A stretch of DNA of 64,000 nucleotides from an uncultured Actinomycetes bacterium (GTDB taxonomy: Bacteria; Actinomycetota; Thermoleophilia; UBA2241), in NCBI GenBank assembly GCA_963755025.1, contig CAVWIH010000028.1, forward strand, positions 1-64,000, in the 5' to 3' direction. The notes under the pieces are model-generated. The model worked only from the letters and a program-made list of their open reading frames with translations. It had not been told where the DNA came from and made no database searches. Shown here piece after piece: positions 8,954 through 17,927 of this stretch. How positions within the stretch are numbered: position 1 is the first letter of the stretch; each line of letters starts with the position of its first letter. The translations under genes were made by a program, and so were the position numbers.

Positions 8954-9678
8954 GCATAGGAGAGCGGCTCGCCGGCGCGCGTTCGGATGCCCTGCACCGC
9001 CTGGTGCTGTTCGACGTCGACTGCACGCTGATCGACGCCCACGGCGCCGGCGGGCGCGCCATGTTCCGCGCCATGGACGAGGTCTACGGCGTGCGCGGGG
9101 AGCTCGACGGCTACAGCTTCCACGGTCGTACCGACCCGGCGATCATCGTCGATCTGGCAACGCGCTGGGGAGCGCCCGAGACCCTGGTGCGCGCCAGCCT
9201 CGCGCGCTGCCTCGCGCGCTACATCGAGTGCCTGCGCGACGACATGAGCGACGACGAGATCGAGGTCCTGCCGGGTGTCCACGAGCTGGTCACGGCGCTT
9301 GCCTGCGACCGCCGCGTCGTGCTCGGCGTGCTCACCGGCAACGTGGTCGACGGCCTCGCCCTCAAGCTCGCGCCCACGGGGCTGCTCGGGCTCTTCAAAG
9401 TGCAGGCGAGCGGTTCGGACTCGGCGCTGCGCCCCGAGTTGCCGGCGGTCGCCGTCGCCCGCGCCGACCTTCTTACGGGCCACCGCTACACCGGCAAGGA
9501 GGTCGTCGTCGTCGGCGACACGCCGGCCGACATCTCGTGCGGCGCCGGCCTGGGGGTGCGTGCCATCGCGGTCGCCACCGGCCGCCACACCATCGGCGAG
9601 CTCGCCGCCTGCCAGCCCGACTACGCCTTCGCCGACCTGAGCGACTGGCGCGCGGTCATGGGGGCGATCCTCGCCTGA
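8950..9678 (+). CDS. HAD-superfamily phosphatase
   Basis: LFDVDCTL motif I, LTGN, VVGDTPAD; GTGA overlap with the USP gene. Confidence 0.88.
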   Translation: MSIGERLAGARSDALHRLVLFDVDCTLIDAHGAGGRAMFRAMDEVYGVRGELDGYSFHGRTDPAIIVDLATRWGAPETLVRASLARCLARYIECLRDDMSDDEIEVLPGVHELVTALACDRRVVLGVLTGNVVDGLALKLAPTGLLGLFKVQASGSDSALRPELPAVAVARADLLTGHRYTGKEVVVVGDTPADISCGAGLGVRAIAVATGRHTIGELAACQPDYAFADLSDWRAVMGAILA

Positions 9679-9747
9679 CCGCCCCCTCGGTTGCGAGGGC
9701 GGCCCGCTGACGCGCGCGGTCGTTCGGGCCGCCGTGCCGCGCGCGAA

Positions 9748-9802
9748 CCTCACGTCATCCTGACGTGGGGCTCACACCGTCCTAACAGAGGCGGTCGAGA
9801 CT
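9748..9802 (+). promoter_or_regulatory. PHO-box-like promoter (4 x 11-bp repeats, 5 nt, -10)
   Basis: cctcacgtcat/cctgacgtggg/gctcacaccgt/cctaacagagg-cggtc-GAGACT. Confidence 0.75.
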
Positions 9803-9925
9803 CCCCCAAAAGGGGCTCCGCGCTGCCGCCGCCGCAAGCCGCCACAGGACCGTTGCCGAGCGCGACGGTCGGGCCGGCGCGGCCGTCGCTGCGAGCGCCG
9901 CTCAGGCCACGTCGGGCGGAGGGAC

Positions 9926-10363
9926 ATGTTCGCAGACCGGACAGACGAGCACGCGGCGCTTGCCGGCGCGGGCCGGCCGTCGGCGGCGCTTCGCCGGCTG
10001 CTGAGCACCTATGGGACCGTCGTCGAGCGCGTGCGCGCCGCAGAGTCACGCTACCGCGGCGTCGTGCCGGGCGGATCTCAGTCGCAGATCGGCGGCAGGG
10101 CCGGGATCGCCGGCAGCGGCGCGAAGCGGGCCTCTGCGAAGACGGTGAATATCGCCTTCGACGCGCTGGCCGAGGCGGTCGTCGAGCTGAAGGGCCATCG
10201 GGCCGCGCTGCTCGCCCAGGCGGAGTCCGACGGGATCACGCTCGAGGGGCTGTGCGCCCTCGACGAAGGGTTCGCCGCCGCCGAGCACCGCTTCGCGGGC
10301 TATCTGACGGCGCGTAACTACGACCGCCTGCGCGCCGCGGCCGACGGCGCCCGCGACTCGTAG
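9926..10363 (+). CDS. Hypothetical all-helical protein, paralog A (paralog of 17487-17927)
   Basis: RBS GGAGGG; shares VE..R.AES.YR.V, DAL..AVV.L and AGYLTAR with 17487-17927. Confidence 0.8.
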   Translation: MFADRTDEHAALAGAGRPSAALRRLLSTYGTVVERVRAAESRYRGVVPGGSQSQIGGRAGIAGSGAKRASAKTVNIAFDALAEAVVELKGHRAALLAQAESDGITLEGLCALDEGFAAAEHRFAGYLTARNYDRLRAAADGARDS

Positions 10364-10427
10364 CGCCCCCAACGCGCTGCGGAGCGACGGCGCCCCCGAC
10401 TCGTGGCGCCCCCACGCGCTGCGGAGC
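10343..10427. repeat. Imperfect ~43-bp tandem duplication across the stop of paralog A
   Basis: gacggcgcccgcgactcgtagcgcccccaacgcgctgcggagc / gacggcgcccccgactcgtggcgcccccacgcgctgcggagc. Confidence 0.8.
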
Positions 10428-10553
10428 GCAGCGCCCGCGCTCGCTCGCGGCGCCCCCGCGCTTCTGACCCGCGCCCGCGTGCCCCCCGCGTCCCCGCGCT
10501 TCCGACGCGCTTCCGACGCGCCGTGGGTCGACGCCGCGCCCGGCCACGGCTGC

Positions 10554-11999
10554 TCAGTCGAGCACGTGCGCCTTGATGAGGTTGGCCGTGCCCGACCGGT
10601 TGGACTGCAGGCCGGCGGTGACCACGACGACCTGGCCGCGCTCGCCGTAGCCGTGCGCCAGCACCAGGTCGTTGGCCTCGCGGATGACCTCTTCGAAGCT
10701 GCTGCGGTCGGTGCCCAGCAGCGGATAGGCTCCCCAGCACAGCGCCAGCTGATTGACGACGCGCTGGTTCGGGCTCACGGCGACGATCGGCTGAGCCGGC
10801 AGGTTGCGCGCCACGGCGCGCGCCGTGGCGCCCGAGAAGGTGGCGCTGACGATCGCCTGGGCGCCCACCCGGTGGGCGACCTCGCAGGCGCCGTAGCTGA
10901 TGGCGCCCGAGACGCTCGTGCTGCCCGCGGCCCAGGGCTGCGGGGCACGGTCCTCGCTGCCCATGTCCGACTCGACGGCGAGCGCGATGCCGGCCATGGT
11001 GCGCACCGCTTCGGCCGGGTAACCGCCGATCGCCGTCTCGGCGGAGAGCATGACGGCGCTGGCCGATTCGTAGATGGCGCTGGCGACGTCGCTCGCCTCG
11101 GCGCGCGTGGGCCGCGGCGACGCGATCATGGACTGCAGCATCTGGGTGGCGACGATCACCGGCTTGCCGGCCAGGTTGGCGGCGCGGATGATGCGCTTCT
11201 GCCAGATGGGCACCAGCGCCGGGTCGATCTCGACGCCCAGGTCGCCGCGCGCGACCATCACGGCGTCGGCCGCGGCGATGATCTCCGCGTGGGCGGCGAG
11301 TGCCTCCTTCTTCTCGATCTTGGCGATCACGAGCTGGTCGCCGCCGGCCGCCGCGATGAGCTCTTCGAGCTCGATAACGTCGGCGGCGCCGCGTACGAAC
11401 GACAGCGCCACATAGTCGACGTCCTGGCGCACGCCCCAGTCGAGCAGCTCGCGGTCGGCGGCGGTGAGGATGCTGGCAGGCAGGTGCGTGTCGGGCAGGT
11501 TGACCGTCTTGCGCGACTCGATCGAGCCGTCGTTCACCACCTCGAGGGTCACCAGCGGGGGGGTGACGTCGCTCACGCGCAGGGCGACGGCGCCGCCGTC
11601 GATCAGGACGCGCTCACCGACGGCGAAGAGCGGCAGGAGCTCGGGGAAGCTCACCGGCAGCTGGGCCGCGCCGCTCGGACCGAAGGTGACGGAGTCGCCG
11701 GCGCGCACCTCGAGCGGGCGCGGCAGGTCGCCGAGGCGGAACTTGGGGCCGGGCAGGTCGATGATGACGGCCAGCGGTGTGTCGCCGCCGGCCGCGGCGC
11801 GGCGCGCCGCGGCGATCGACGCCGCGTGCTCGGCCGTGCTGCCGTGACCGAGGTTGATGCGGGCCACGTCCATGCCCGCTTCGAGGAGCTGGCGGATCAC
11901 GCCCTCGTCGCGCGAGGCCGCACCCAGGGTGGCGACGATCTTGGTCTTGCGCCGGCTCGCCGCCGCCGCCATGCCGCCGTCTTCAAGCGTGAGCGCCAC
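10554..11999 (-). CDS. pyk: Pyruvate kinase
   Basis: RKTKIVATLG, DLPGPKFR, IAKIEK, MVARGDLGVE, ATQMLQSM, PTRAEASD; start GTG 11999 or ATG 11972. Confidence 0.95.
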   Translation of the reverse strand: MALTLEDGGMAAAASRRKTKIVATLGAASRDEGVIRQLLEAGMDVARINLGHGSTAEHAASIAAARRAAAGGDTPLAVIIDLPGPKFRLGDLPRPLEVRAGDSVTFGPSGAAQLPVSFPELLPLFAVGERVLIDGGAVALRVSDVTPPLVTLEVVNDGSIESRKTVNLPDTHLPASILTAADRELLDWGVRQDVDYVALSFVRGAADVIELEELIAAAGGDQLVIAKIEKKEALAAHAEIIAAADAVMVARGDLGVEIDPALVPIWQKRIIRAANLAGKPVIVATQMLQSMIASPRPTRAEASDVASAIYESASAVMLSAETAIGGYPAEAVRTMAGIALAVESDMGSEDRAPQPWAAGSTSVSGAISYGACEVAHRVGAQAIVSATFSGATARAVARNLPAQPIVAVSPNQRVVNQLALCWGAYPLLGTDRSSFEEVIREANDLVLAHGYGERGQVVVVTAGLQSNRSGTANLIKAHVLD

Positions 12000-12161
12000 C
12001 CTCGTACCCCCTCGTCGTGTGCGGACAGTGCACTGGTCCGCGACCGGCAGATTACGTGAGGCAAGCCTATGCCCTGCCGCCCGCGTCGCGGAAGGCCGCA
12101 AAGCGTTCGCGCAGCCGCGGCGCGGCGCGGCGCCGGCGGCCCGGCACACATCTCCGGGCCG

Positions 12162-12216
12162 GCTCACGCAACATTCACGCGGCGGTCATCTTGCTCTCTT
12201 CAAGGCGTTCGACAAT
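12162..12216 (+). promoter_or_regulatory. PHO-box-like promoter
   Basis: gctcacgcaac/attcacgcggc/ggtcatcttgc/tctcttcaagg-cgttc-GACAAT. Confidence 0.7.
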
Positions 12217-12259
12217 GGCGCCGTAAGGGGTCGGATCACGATCGTGAGGAGGAGCGAGC

Positions 12260-13708
12260 ATGGATCACAGCACGTCACGCACAAGGCCGGCATGGGCTGC
12301 CGTAAGGAACAGAAGGGTGATGACCCTTCTGTTCTGTCTGGCGGCGGTCTTCATCCTGACCCCGGCGATCGCGGCGTGGGCCGTGACCGGGGGTCCCCAG
12401 ACCAAGGCGGCGTCGTCACCTTCGCCGGCCGCGACGCCGACGGCCACGGTCAACTCGGTGGTCCTCGGCGTCGGCGCCGACCAGACCCAGCGCCTCGTGA
12501 CCTGGTACGGCGACTCCAGCCGTCCGGGCGCGATGGAGCTGGCCCCGGCCTGCGCTCAGAGGGGCAGCGGCTTTCCGCAGAAGTGCGTGAGCTTCCCGGC
12601 CGTCACGGCCGTCAGCAGCGTCGCGGGCTTCGACACCTTCAAGGCGGCGGTCACCGGCCTGCGGCCGTCCACCGAGTACATCTACCGGGTGGGCAACGGC
12701 GACGCCTGGTCGCCCATCTACCACTTCTCCACGCACAGGTTCGGCGCCGGTCACTTCAGCTTCCTGTTCGTCGGCGACGCGCAGATCGGCGCCGGCGCCG
12801 GCTACAACGGCGCCACCCTGGCCGACGACACCGCCGGCTGGACCACGACGCTGGGCCACGCCGCGCAGTGGTTCCCGCACGCGTCCCTCCTGGTCAGCCT
12901 TGGCGACCAGGTCAACACGAACAACGACGAGAGCCAGTACGCCGGCTTTCTGGCTCCCAGTGAGCTGCGCTCGATGACGCTGGCGACGGTCGTCGGCAAC
13001 CACGACAGCGGCGTCGCGAACTACCAGCAGCACTTCTCGGTACCCGACCCGGCCAACAACTCCGTCGACCCGGCCGGTGGCGACTACTGGTTCTCGTACG
13101 ACCACGTCCTCTTCCTGGTCCTCAACTCCAACAACCTGGACACCGCCCAGCACCAGGACTTCATGATCGCCGCCATCGCGGCCTACAAGGCCCAGAACCA
13201 CGGCCGCGACCCGCTGTGGAAGATCGTGGCCTTCCACCACTCCCTCTTCTCGGTGGCCGATCACACGCAGGACTCCGACATCCTGCAGCGGCGCAGCGAG
13301 CTGCCCCCGGTCTTCAAGGCGCTCGGCATCGACGTCGTCCTCGGCGGCCACGACCACTCCTACGCCCGCACCCTGATGATGGACGGCAGCACCCCCATCA
13401 CCACGGGCTACACCACCAACGGCAGCAATCACTACGCCAGCTACACCGAGGCTCGCGGCGCGACCGACACCGTCTACATCTGCGCCAACTCGTCCTCGGG
13501 CAGCAAGTTCTACGCCATCCAGAACCTCGTCTTCCCCTGGCTGGCCACCGACAACCAGGAGAACACCCCCAACATCGGCAAGGTCCGCGTCACTCCCGAC
13601 GCGCTGACCTTCACCGTCTACCGCTCGGGCGCCGCCAACACGATCGGCAACGTGGTGGACACGTTCACGCTGAAGCGCGCCGATCCGTGCTGCGGTCTTC
13701 CCCGGTAG
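12260..13708 (+). CDS. Secreted purple-acid-phosphatase-like metallophosphoesterase with FN3-like N-domain
   Basis: Signal peptide; GDAQ, GDQV, GNHD, HH and GHDH calcineurin-like motifs; GLRPSTEYIYRVG. Confidence 0.9.
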   Translation: MDHSTSRTRPAWAAVRNRRVMTLLFCLAAVFILTPAIAAWAVTGGPQTKAASSPSPAATPTATVNSVVLGVGADQTQRLVTWYGDSSRPGAMELAPACAQRGSGFPQKCVSFPAVTAVSSVAGFDTFKAAVTGLRPSTEYIYRVGNGDAWSPIYHFSTHRFGAGHFSFLFVGDAQIGAGAGYNGATLADDTAGWTTTLGHAAQWFPHASLLVSLGDQVNTNNDESQYAGFLAPSELRSMTLATVVGNHDSGVANYQQHFSVPDPANNSVDPAGGDYWFSYDHVLFLVLNSNNLDTAQHQDFMIAAIAAYKAQNHGRDPLWKIVAFHHSLFSVADHTQDSDILQRRSELPPVFKALGIDVVLGGHDHSYARTLMMDGSTPITTGYTTNGSNHYASYTEARGATDTVYICANSSSGSKFYAIQNLVFPWLATDNQENTPNIGKVRVTPDALTFTVYRSGAANTIGNVVDTFTLKRADPCCGLPR

Positions 13709-13777
13709 CGCGGTGACCAGGATCGGTCGAGCCCGTCTGCGGCCGGCCTTGGCGAGGTAGGTGCATCCGCAAGCGAC

Positions 13778-13811
13778 GCGGAGGGGGGGCGGCAAAGCCG
13801 CCCCCCTCCGC
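13778..13811 (+). terminator. Hairpin after the phosphoesterase gene
   Basis: gcggagggggggcggc-aaa-gccgcccccctccgc (7 G against 6 C). Confidence 0.55.
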
Positions 13812-13848
13812 CTTGTCCCGCAGGACCCTCAGGAACGGCGTGGTGAAG

Positions 13849-15165
13849 ATGGCAACGACCAAGACAGGATCCGGGCTCGCTCCGCAGCCGGCGCGACCGG
13901 CGGTGCGACCGCTGCCACAAGACCAGGAGCGGCGGCCCGGCGCGCCCACGAAGCGTCCGCCCGCTCTCAAGAAGCGGCTCGCGCGCGCCCTGCCGATGCT
14001 CGTCGCCAGCGGCGTCCTTGTGGTCCTTGTGGTCGTGGTCGCCGTGATGGACCTGAGGAATCCCATCGGCTACACGGCGTTCATGACGCAGGGCATCAGC
14101 TACGAGAAGGCCAAGGTGACCGCCGTCGTGGATCAGGGCCTGCAGCCCGCTCCCGGCATGCCGGGGTGGCAGCTCGGCACGCAGAAGATCGCCGTGCGGT
14201 TCAAGAACGGCCCCATGAAGGGCCGCCAGGTAACGCTCGTCAACGAGCTGTCGACGACGCACAACATCCGCGTGGAGCCCGGGCAGTCGGTCATCGTCAA
14301 GGCGGAGCGGCCGGCCGGGGAAGCCCCGTACTACACCCTCTACGACTATGACCGCACGCCCGGGCTGATCGCCGTGGCGGCGATCTTCGCAGCCCTCATG
14401 CTGGCGGTGGGGGGCCTGAAGGGCCTGCGCAGTCTGCTGGGGCTCTGTATCTCCCTCTATTTCATCTTCGCGTTCCTGCTTCCGGCCATCTACCGCGGCT
14501 ACTCTCCGGTGCTCATGTCGTTCGTCACGGTCATCATCATCGCCGTCTTCTCGCTCCTGCTGCTCAACGGCTTCAGCCGCAAGACCCTGACGGCGGTCGC
14601 CGCGACCGGCATAGGCGTGGCCCTCGCGGCGCTGTGCTTTCTTCTCGTCTCCGCGATCGTGCATCTCGTGGGCTACAACATCACCGAGGCCGAAGACCTG
14701 ATCGTCGTCTCGCAGCGGACCGGCCTGCAGCTCGGGCAGGTGCTCTTCGCGGCGGTGCTGATCTCTTCATTGGGCGCCGTCATGGACATCACCGTCTCCA
14801 TCGCCGCTGCGCTGTACGAGATGAAGGAGGTGCGACCCGAGCTTTCGCCGAGGGAGTTGCTCCGCTCCGGGGCCGTCATCGGCCGGGACATGATCGGCGG
14901 CATGTGCCAGACGCTCATTCTGGCCTTCGTGGGGAGCTCTCTGGCCACGCTGCTGGTGATCGTCTCCTACGGGACGCGCTTCGACCAGTTCATGTCGTCT
15001 GACTACGTGGCGGTCGAAGTGGCGCAGGGCATCGCCGGGAGCATGGCGGTCGTCCTCGCGGTCCCCGTGACAGCGGCGTTGTGCGCTCTCCTGGCCGGTC
15101 GGCTGCGCGACCCCGCACCGGCCGTCGCTCGTCACCAGGCGCGCAACGAAGTCACGCCCGCCTGA
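13849..15165 (+). CDS. YibE/F-family membrane protein
   Basis: YDYDR, GGLKGLRSLLGL, LGAVMDITVSIA, IGRDMIG...TLILAFVG; multiple TM helices. Confidence 0.88.
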   Translation: MATTKTGSGLAPQPARPAVRPLPQDQERRPGAPTKRPPALKKRLARALPMLVASGVLVVLVVVVAVMDLRNPIGYTAFMTQGISYEKAKVTAVVDQGLQPAPGMPGWQLGTQKIAVRFKNGPMKGRQVTLVNELSTTHNIRVEPGQSVIVKAERPAGEAPYYTLYDYDRTPGLIAVAAIFAALMLAVGGLKGLRSLLGLCISLYFIFAFLLPAIYRGYSPVLMSFVTVIIIAVFSLLLLNGFSRKTLTAVAATGIGVALAALCFLLVSAIVHLVGYNITEAEDLIVVSQRTGLQLGQVLFAAVLISSLGAVMDITVSIAAALYEMKEVRPELSPRELLRSGAVIGRDMIGGMCQTLILAFVGSSLATLLVIVSYGTRFDQFMSSDYVAVEVAQGIAGSMAVVLAVPVTAALCALLAGRLRDPAPAVARHQARNEVTPA

Positions 15166-15280
15166 GCGACAACGACGCCGTCGCTTGGCGGCGCCCGGTC
15201 CCTGCGCCTGCGCGCCGCTGGCGCGGCCGTCACCAGCGCGCGACGGCAGGCGATCGCGCGAGCCCGCCGGCACACACTCT

Positions 15281-15324
15281 CCACACCGGTCGCTCACCGG
15301 CTGCTCACGGGCTCGCGCTAGTCT
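15281..15324 (+). promoter_or_regulatory. PHO-box-like promoter
   Basis: ccacaccggtc/gctcaccggct/gctcacgggct-cgcgc-TAGTCT. Confidence 0.75.
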
Positions 15325-15364
15325 CAACGGCCGCAGAGTCGCCAGGAGGAGAAGGAGAGACCCG

Positions 15365-16351
15365 ATGTCGCAAGCAGTGCCGCACAGGAGCGTGGTCTCG
15401 CTGACGGCGGTCCTGCTGGCGGCGGCGCTGGCGCTGACCGTGTGCCTGGCGGCCGCGCCGGTCGCCTCGGCGACGGTGACGCCGCGGCAGGTCGACGCGT
15501 TCCTGCTGCTGCACGCTTCGCCGCTGGCCGGCGAGGGCGCAGAGTTCTGCGCCGCCGGAGAGCGCAACGGCGTCGATCCGGCCTTTCTGGTCGCCATCAG
15601 CGGGGCTGAATCGAGCTTCGGCGAGTACCTCTACTCCGCCGGATCGCACAACGCGTTCAACTGGTTCTACGCGCCGACGCGGGCCGGCAGCACCTTTGCG
15701 GGCTGGGACCAGGCGATCGACACGGTGGCGGCGGGCCTTCGCGGGTCGCTCTACTACGGCGCGGGACGCTATTCGGTGGGCGCCATCGCGCCCGTCTACT
15801 GCCCCCAGGGCACCCAGGCCTGGATCGCCAACGTCACGGCCTACCTGCTCGAGCTCGGCGGCGATCCCAGTGACACGCGCTGGCGCGGCGCAGCGCCGGT
15901 CGCCGCCGGTGAGCCGGCGGAGGGCGAGCCGCTCCAGGCGGCGGGTCTCTCGTCGGGGCTGGTCGCGCTGCGCCCCTTCACCGTGGTACCCCGAGACGAC
16001 GTCGCCGGCGCCCGCCTGCGGCTGCGGTTCACGCTCGTCAACGAGGGGCGCAAAGGCGGCGTCTGGAACGGCGTGGTGCTGCGCCTCGAGGGGCCGTCGG
16101 GGCTGACGCTGGCGCTCGGCACCCGCACTCCGCTGCACCTTGCCGCAGGCGCTTCGTACGCCTTCGCGGCGACGGTGCGGCTCCGCGTGCCGGGGGTCTG
16201 GCGAGGGTGGGTCTCCGTCGAGGGGCGGGACGGCACGGTCTTCAGCGATACAGGCCCGGCCGTGCGCGTCGCCGTGGCGCCGGCCCCGCCGAAGCGGCAG
16301 CCGACCGGTGGCGCAGCCAAGGCCGACTCGCACCGGCAGGCGGGCTCGTGA
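15365..16351 (+). CDS. Secreted glucosaminidase/lysozyme-like peptidoglycan hydrolase with C-terminal Ig-like domain
   Basis: Signal peptide; GVDPAFLVAISGAESSFG (putative catalytic Glu), HNAFNW, YCP; RBS AAGGAG. Confidence 0.7.
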   Translation: MSQAVPHRSVVSLTAVLLAAALALTVCLAAAPVASATVTPRQVDAFLLLHASPLAGEGAEFCAAGERNGVDPAFLVAISGAESSFGEYLYSAGSHNAFNWFYAPTRAGSTFAGWDQAIDTVAAGLRGSLYYGAGRYSVGAIAPVYCPQGTQAWIANVTAYLLELGGDPSDTRWRGAAPVAAGEPAEGEPLQAAGLSSGLVALRPFTVVPRDDVAGARLRLRFTLVNEGRKGGVWNGVVLRLEGPSGLTLALGTRTPLHLAAGASYAFAATVRLRVPGVWRGWVSVEGRDGTVFSDTGPAVRVAVAPAPPKRQPTGGAAKADSHRQAGS

Positions 16352-16421
16352 CGGGGCTGCCAGCGGGTCTCATGCGGATGGTCGGCGGCTCCGCAGGGGC
16401 GCGCCGTGCGGGGCGGACGGT

Positions 16422-16815
16422 TCAGGCGGCCTGGTCGCCCCCGAGCAGGTCGCGCGCCTGGCGAAACAGCTCGCCGCACACGTAGCGGCGGGCGGTGCGG
16501 TCGGCGATCTCCGCCGCGTCGGCCAGCTGGGCGCACTGTCGCGCCTCGCAGGCGGCCGATGAGAGATGGCCGCCATCGGTGAACTCGACCAGGTAGATGG
16601 GGTCGTGAGTGGAGGTCGGCTCGACCTGCTGCAGGGTGAAGACGGCGGCCGAGTCGTGGTCGGGCAGCTGGCTGCGCGGTCTGCCGCCGGATGGTCCTGG
16701 CGGTGAAGCGAAAGCGCCATCCGCCAAGCTCGCAGAGCGTGTCGCCGTCGTTTGTGGCGAGCTCGCAAAGGTCGTGTTCGTCGATCGGGACGCCGTTCTT
16801 GCGCCACTGTCTCAT
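16422..16815 (-). CDS. Hypothetical Cys-containing protein (~130 aa), split by a +1 frameshift near 16680
   Basis: ATG 16815 with a G-rich RBS (MRQWRKNGVPIDEHDLCEL...) joins the 16422-16727 frame (QLPDHD...DQAA); span is 3n+1. Confidence 0.55.
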
Positions 16816-16956
16816 GCTGCCCCCCTGTGAGGACCGGCTTGCCGTCTGAGGTGCTCCGCTGCCACCGACACGGGACCGCCTGGCGGTGTCCCCTGCTCGT
16901 CCGCTTCGATACCCACCCGCAGTCGGACCGACACCAAAGGGCGCGACTGCCGCGAG

Positions 16957-16989
16957 AGTCTTCCATGCGATTGTTAGGAACGTGTTAGG
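16957..16989 (-). promoter_or_regulatory. PHO-box-like promoter
   Basis: Minus strand: cctaacacgtt/cctaacaatcg-catgg-AAGACT. Confidence 0.7.
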
Positions 16990-17041
16990 GCCAGGGCCGG
17001 CCGGCCGTCGCCAGCCGCTCCATCGGCGGCGTTCCTTTCGC

Positions 17042-17096
17042 GCAAACAGGACGCTCATGGTGCGCCCACGGCGCGCGAACGTGGCGGGGCCACACT
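17042..17096 (+). promoter_or_regulatory. PHO-box-like promoter
   Basis: gcaaacaggac/gctcatggtgc/gcccacggcgc/gcgaacgtggc-ggggc-CACACT. Confidence 0.65.
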
Positions 17097-17149
17097 GAAA
17101 GGCAAGCGCATCGCGATGGAGCGATGCCGGTCGTAGAGGGAGAGAAGGC

Positions 17150-17302
17150 ATGATCTTTGCGTCGTGCGTGCGTTGCGGGTATGCGATGGACATCTTCCAG
17201 GAGCTTCCCGAGCTGATCGAGGCGCCGCTTTCGTGTCCGCGATGCGGCGGGCTCGATCTCGCGCTGCAGCCGGCGGACGACTCCGAGAACGAAGCCGCCT
17301 GA
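17150..17302 (+). CDS. 50-aa zinc-ribbon protein (absent from the ORF track)
   Basis: MIFASCVRCGYAMDIFQELPELIEAPLSCPRCGGLDLALQPADDSENEAA; CxxC-x19-CPxC; purine-rich RBS GGGAGAGAAGG. Confidence 0.8.
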   Translation: MIFASCVRCGYAMDIFQELPELIEAPLSCPRCGGLDLALQPADDSENEAA

Positions 17303-17335
17303 GATCGTTCGCCGGCAAGACCGGTGAGCCCGGAC

Positions 17336-17390
17336 GCTCACGGCTTGCTCACGAAGCGCTCACGCCGGTCTAACGGCGGTTTCCCAGACT
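17336..17390 (+). promoter_or_regulatory. PHO-box-like promoter (strongest array)
   Basis: gctcacggctt/gctcacgaagc/gctcacgccgg/tctaacggcgg-tttcc-CAGACT. Confidence 0.8.
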
Positions 17391-17486
17391 GCTGTACGAA
17401 GCGTCGGTAGGACCCTTGGAGGTTGCCGTGCTCACTCCTCAGATCTGTCTCGTCGGCCCATCGTCGCCCTCAGAACGCAGCCGACG

Positions 17487-17927
17487 ATGACGACCGCGCA
17501 CACCGATCGGTCACGCGCCCCCGACCTGGCGCGCCCACAGCGCCGCGCGCTGCGCCGCTACCTGGCGAGAGTCGAGGCGTTGCGCCAGGCCGAATCCGAC
17601 TACCGTGACGTCACTCTGCTCGAGGAGCTGCGCCGCGAGCGCACCTCGAAGCCCGGCTCCGGCAAACGCGTGAGCGCCGCGCTCGATGCGCTTGTCGATG
17701 CGGTCGTCGACCTGCAGAGCGCTCACCTCGACGTGCTGGCGCTGGCCGCCGACGAGGACGCTCTGCTCGACGACGGCGGCACTCTCGCGGAGGCGCTCCG
17801 GGCCGCCCATCGCGAGTATGCAGGCTACCTTACGGCGCGGACGTTCGATGAGGTCCGCGAGGCGGCTCGACCGAACGCCGCGCGTGCCGCGGGCGCTTCG
17901 GCGTCACGTGACGCCGCATCCGCATAG
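17487..17927 (+). CDS. Hypothetical all-helical protein, paralog B
   Basis: Motif-level similarity to 9926-10363. Confidence 0.8.
   Translation: MTTAHTDRSRAPDLARPQRRALRRYLARVEALRQAESDYRDVTLLEELRRERTSKPGSGKRVSAALDALVDAVVDLQSAHLDVLALAADEDALLDDGGTLAEALRAAHREYAGYLTARTFDEVREAARPNAARAAGASASRDAASA

Noticed and set aside
10343-10427. CRISPR-like repeat array
   Set aside because: Only two adjacent copies, no spacers and no cas genes; a simple tandem duplication
12000-12120. PHO box upstream of pyruvate kinase
   Set aside because: A TAGGCT -10 candidate exists on minus but no convincing in-phase repeats at the conserved spacing; pyk is not counted in the regulon
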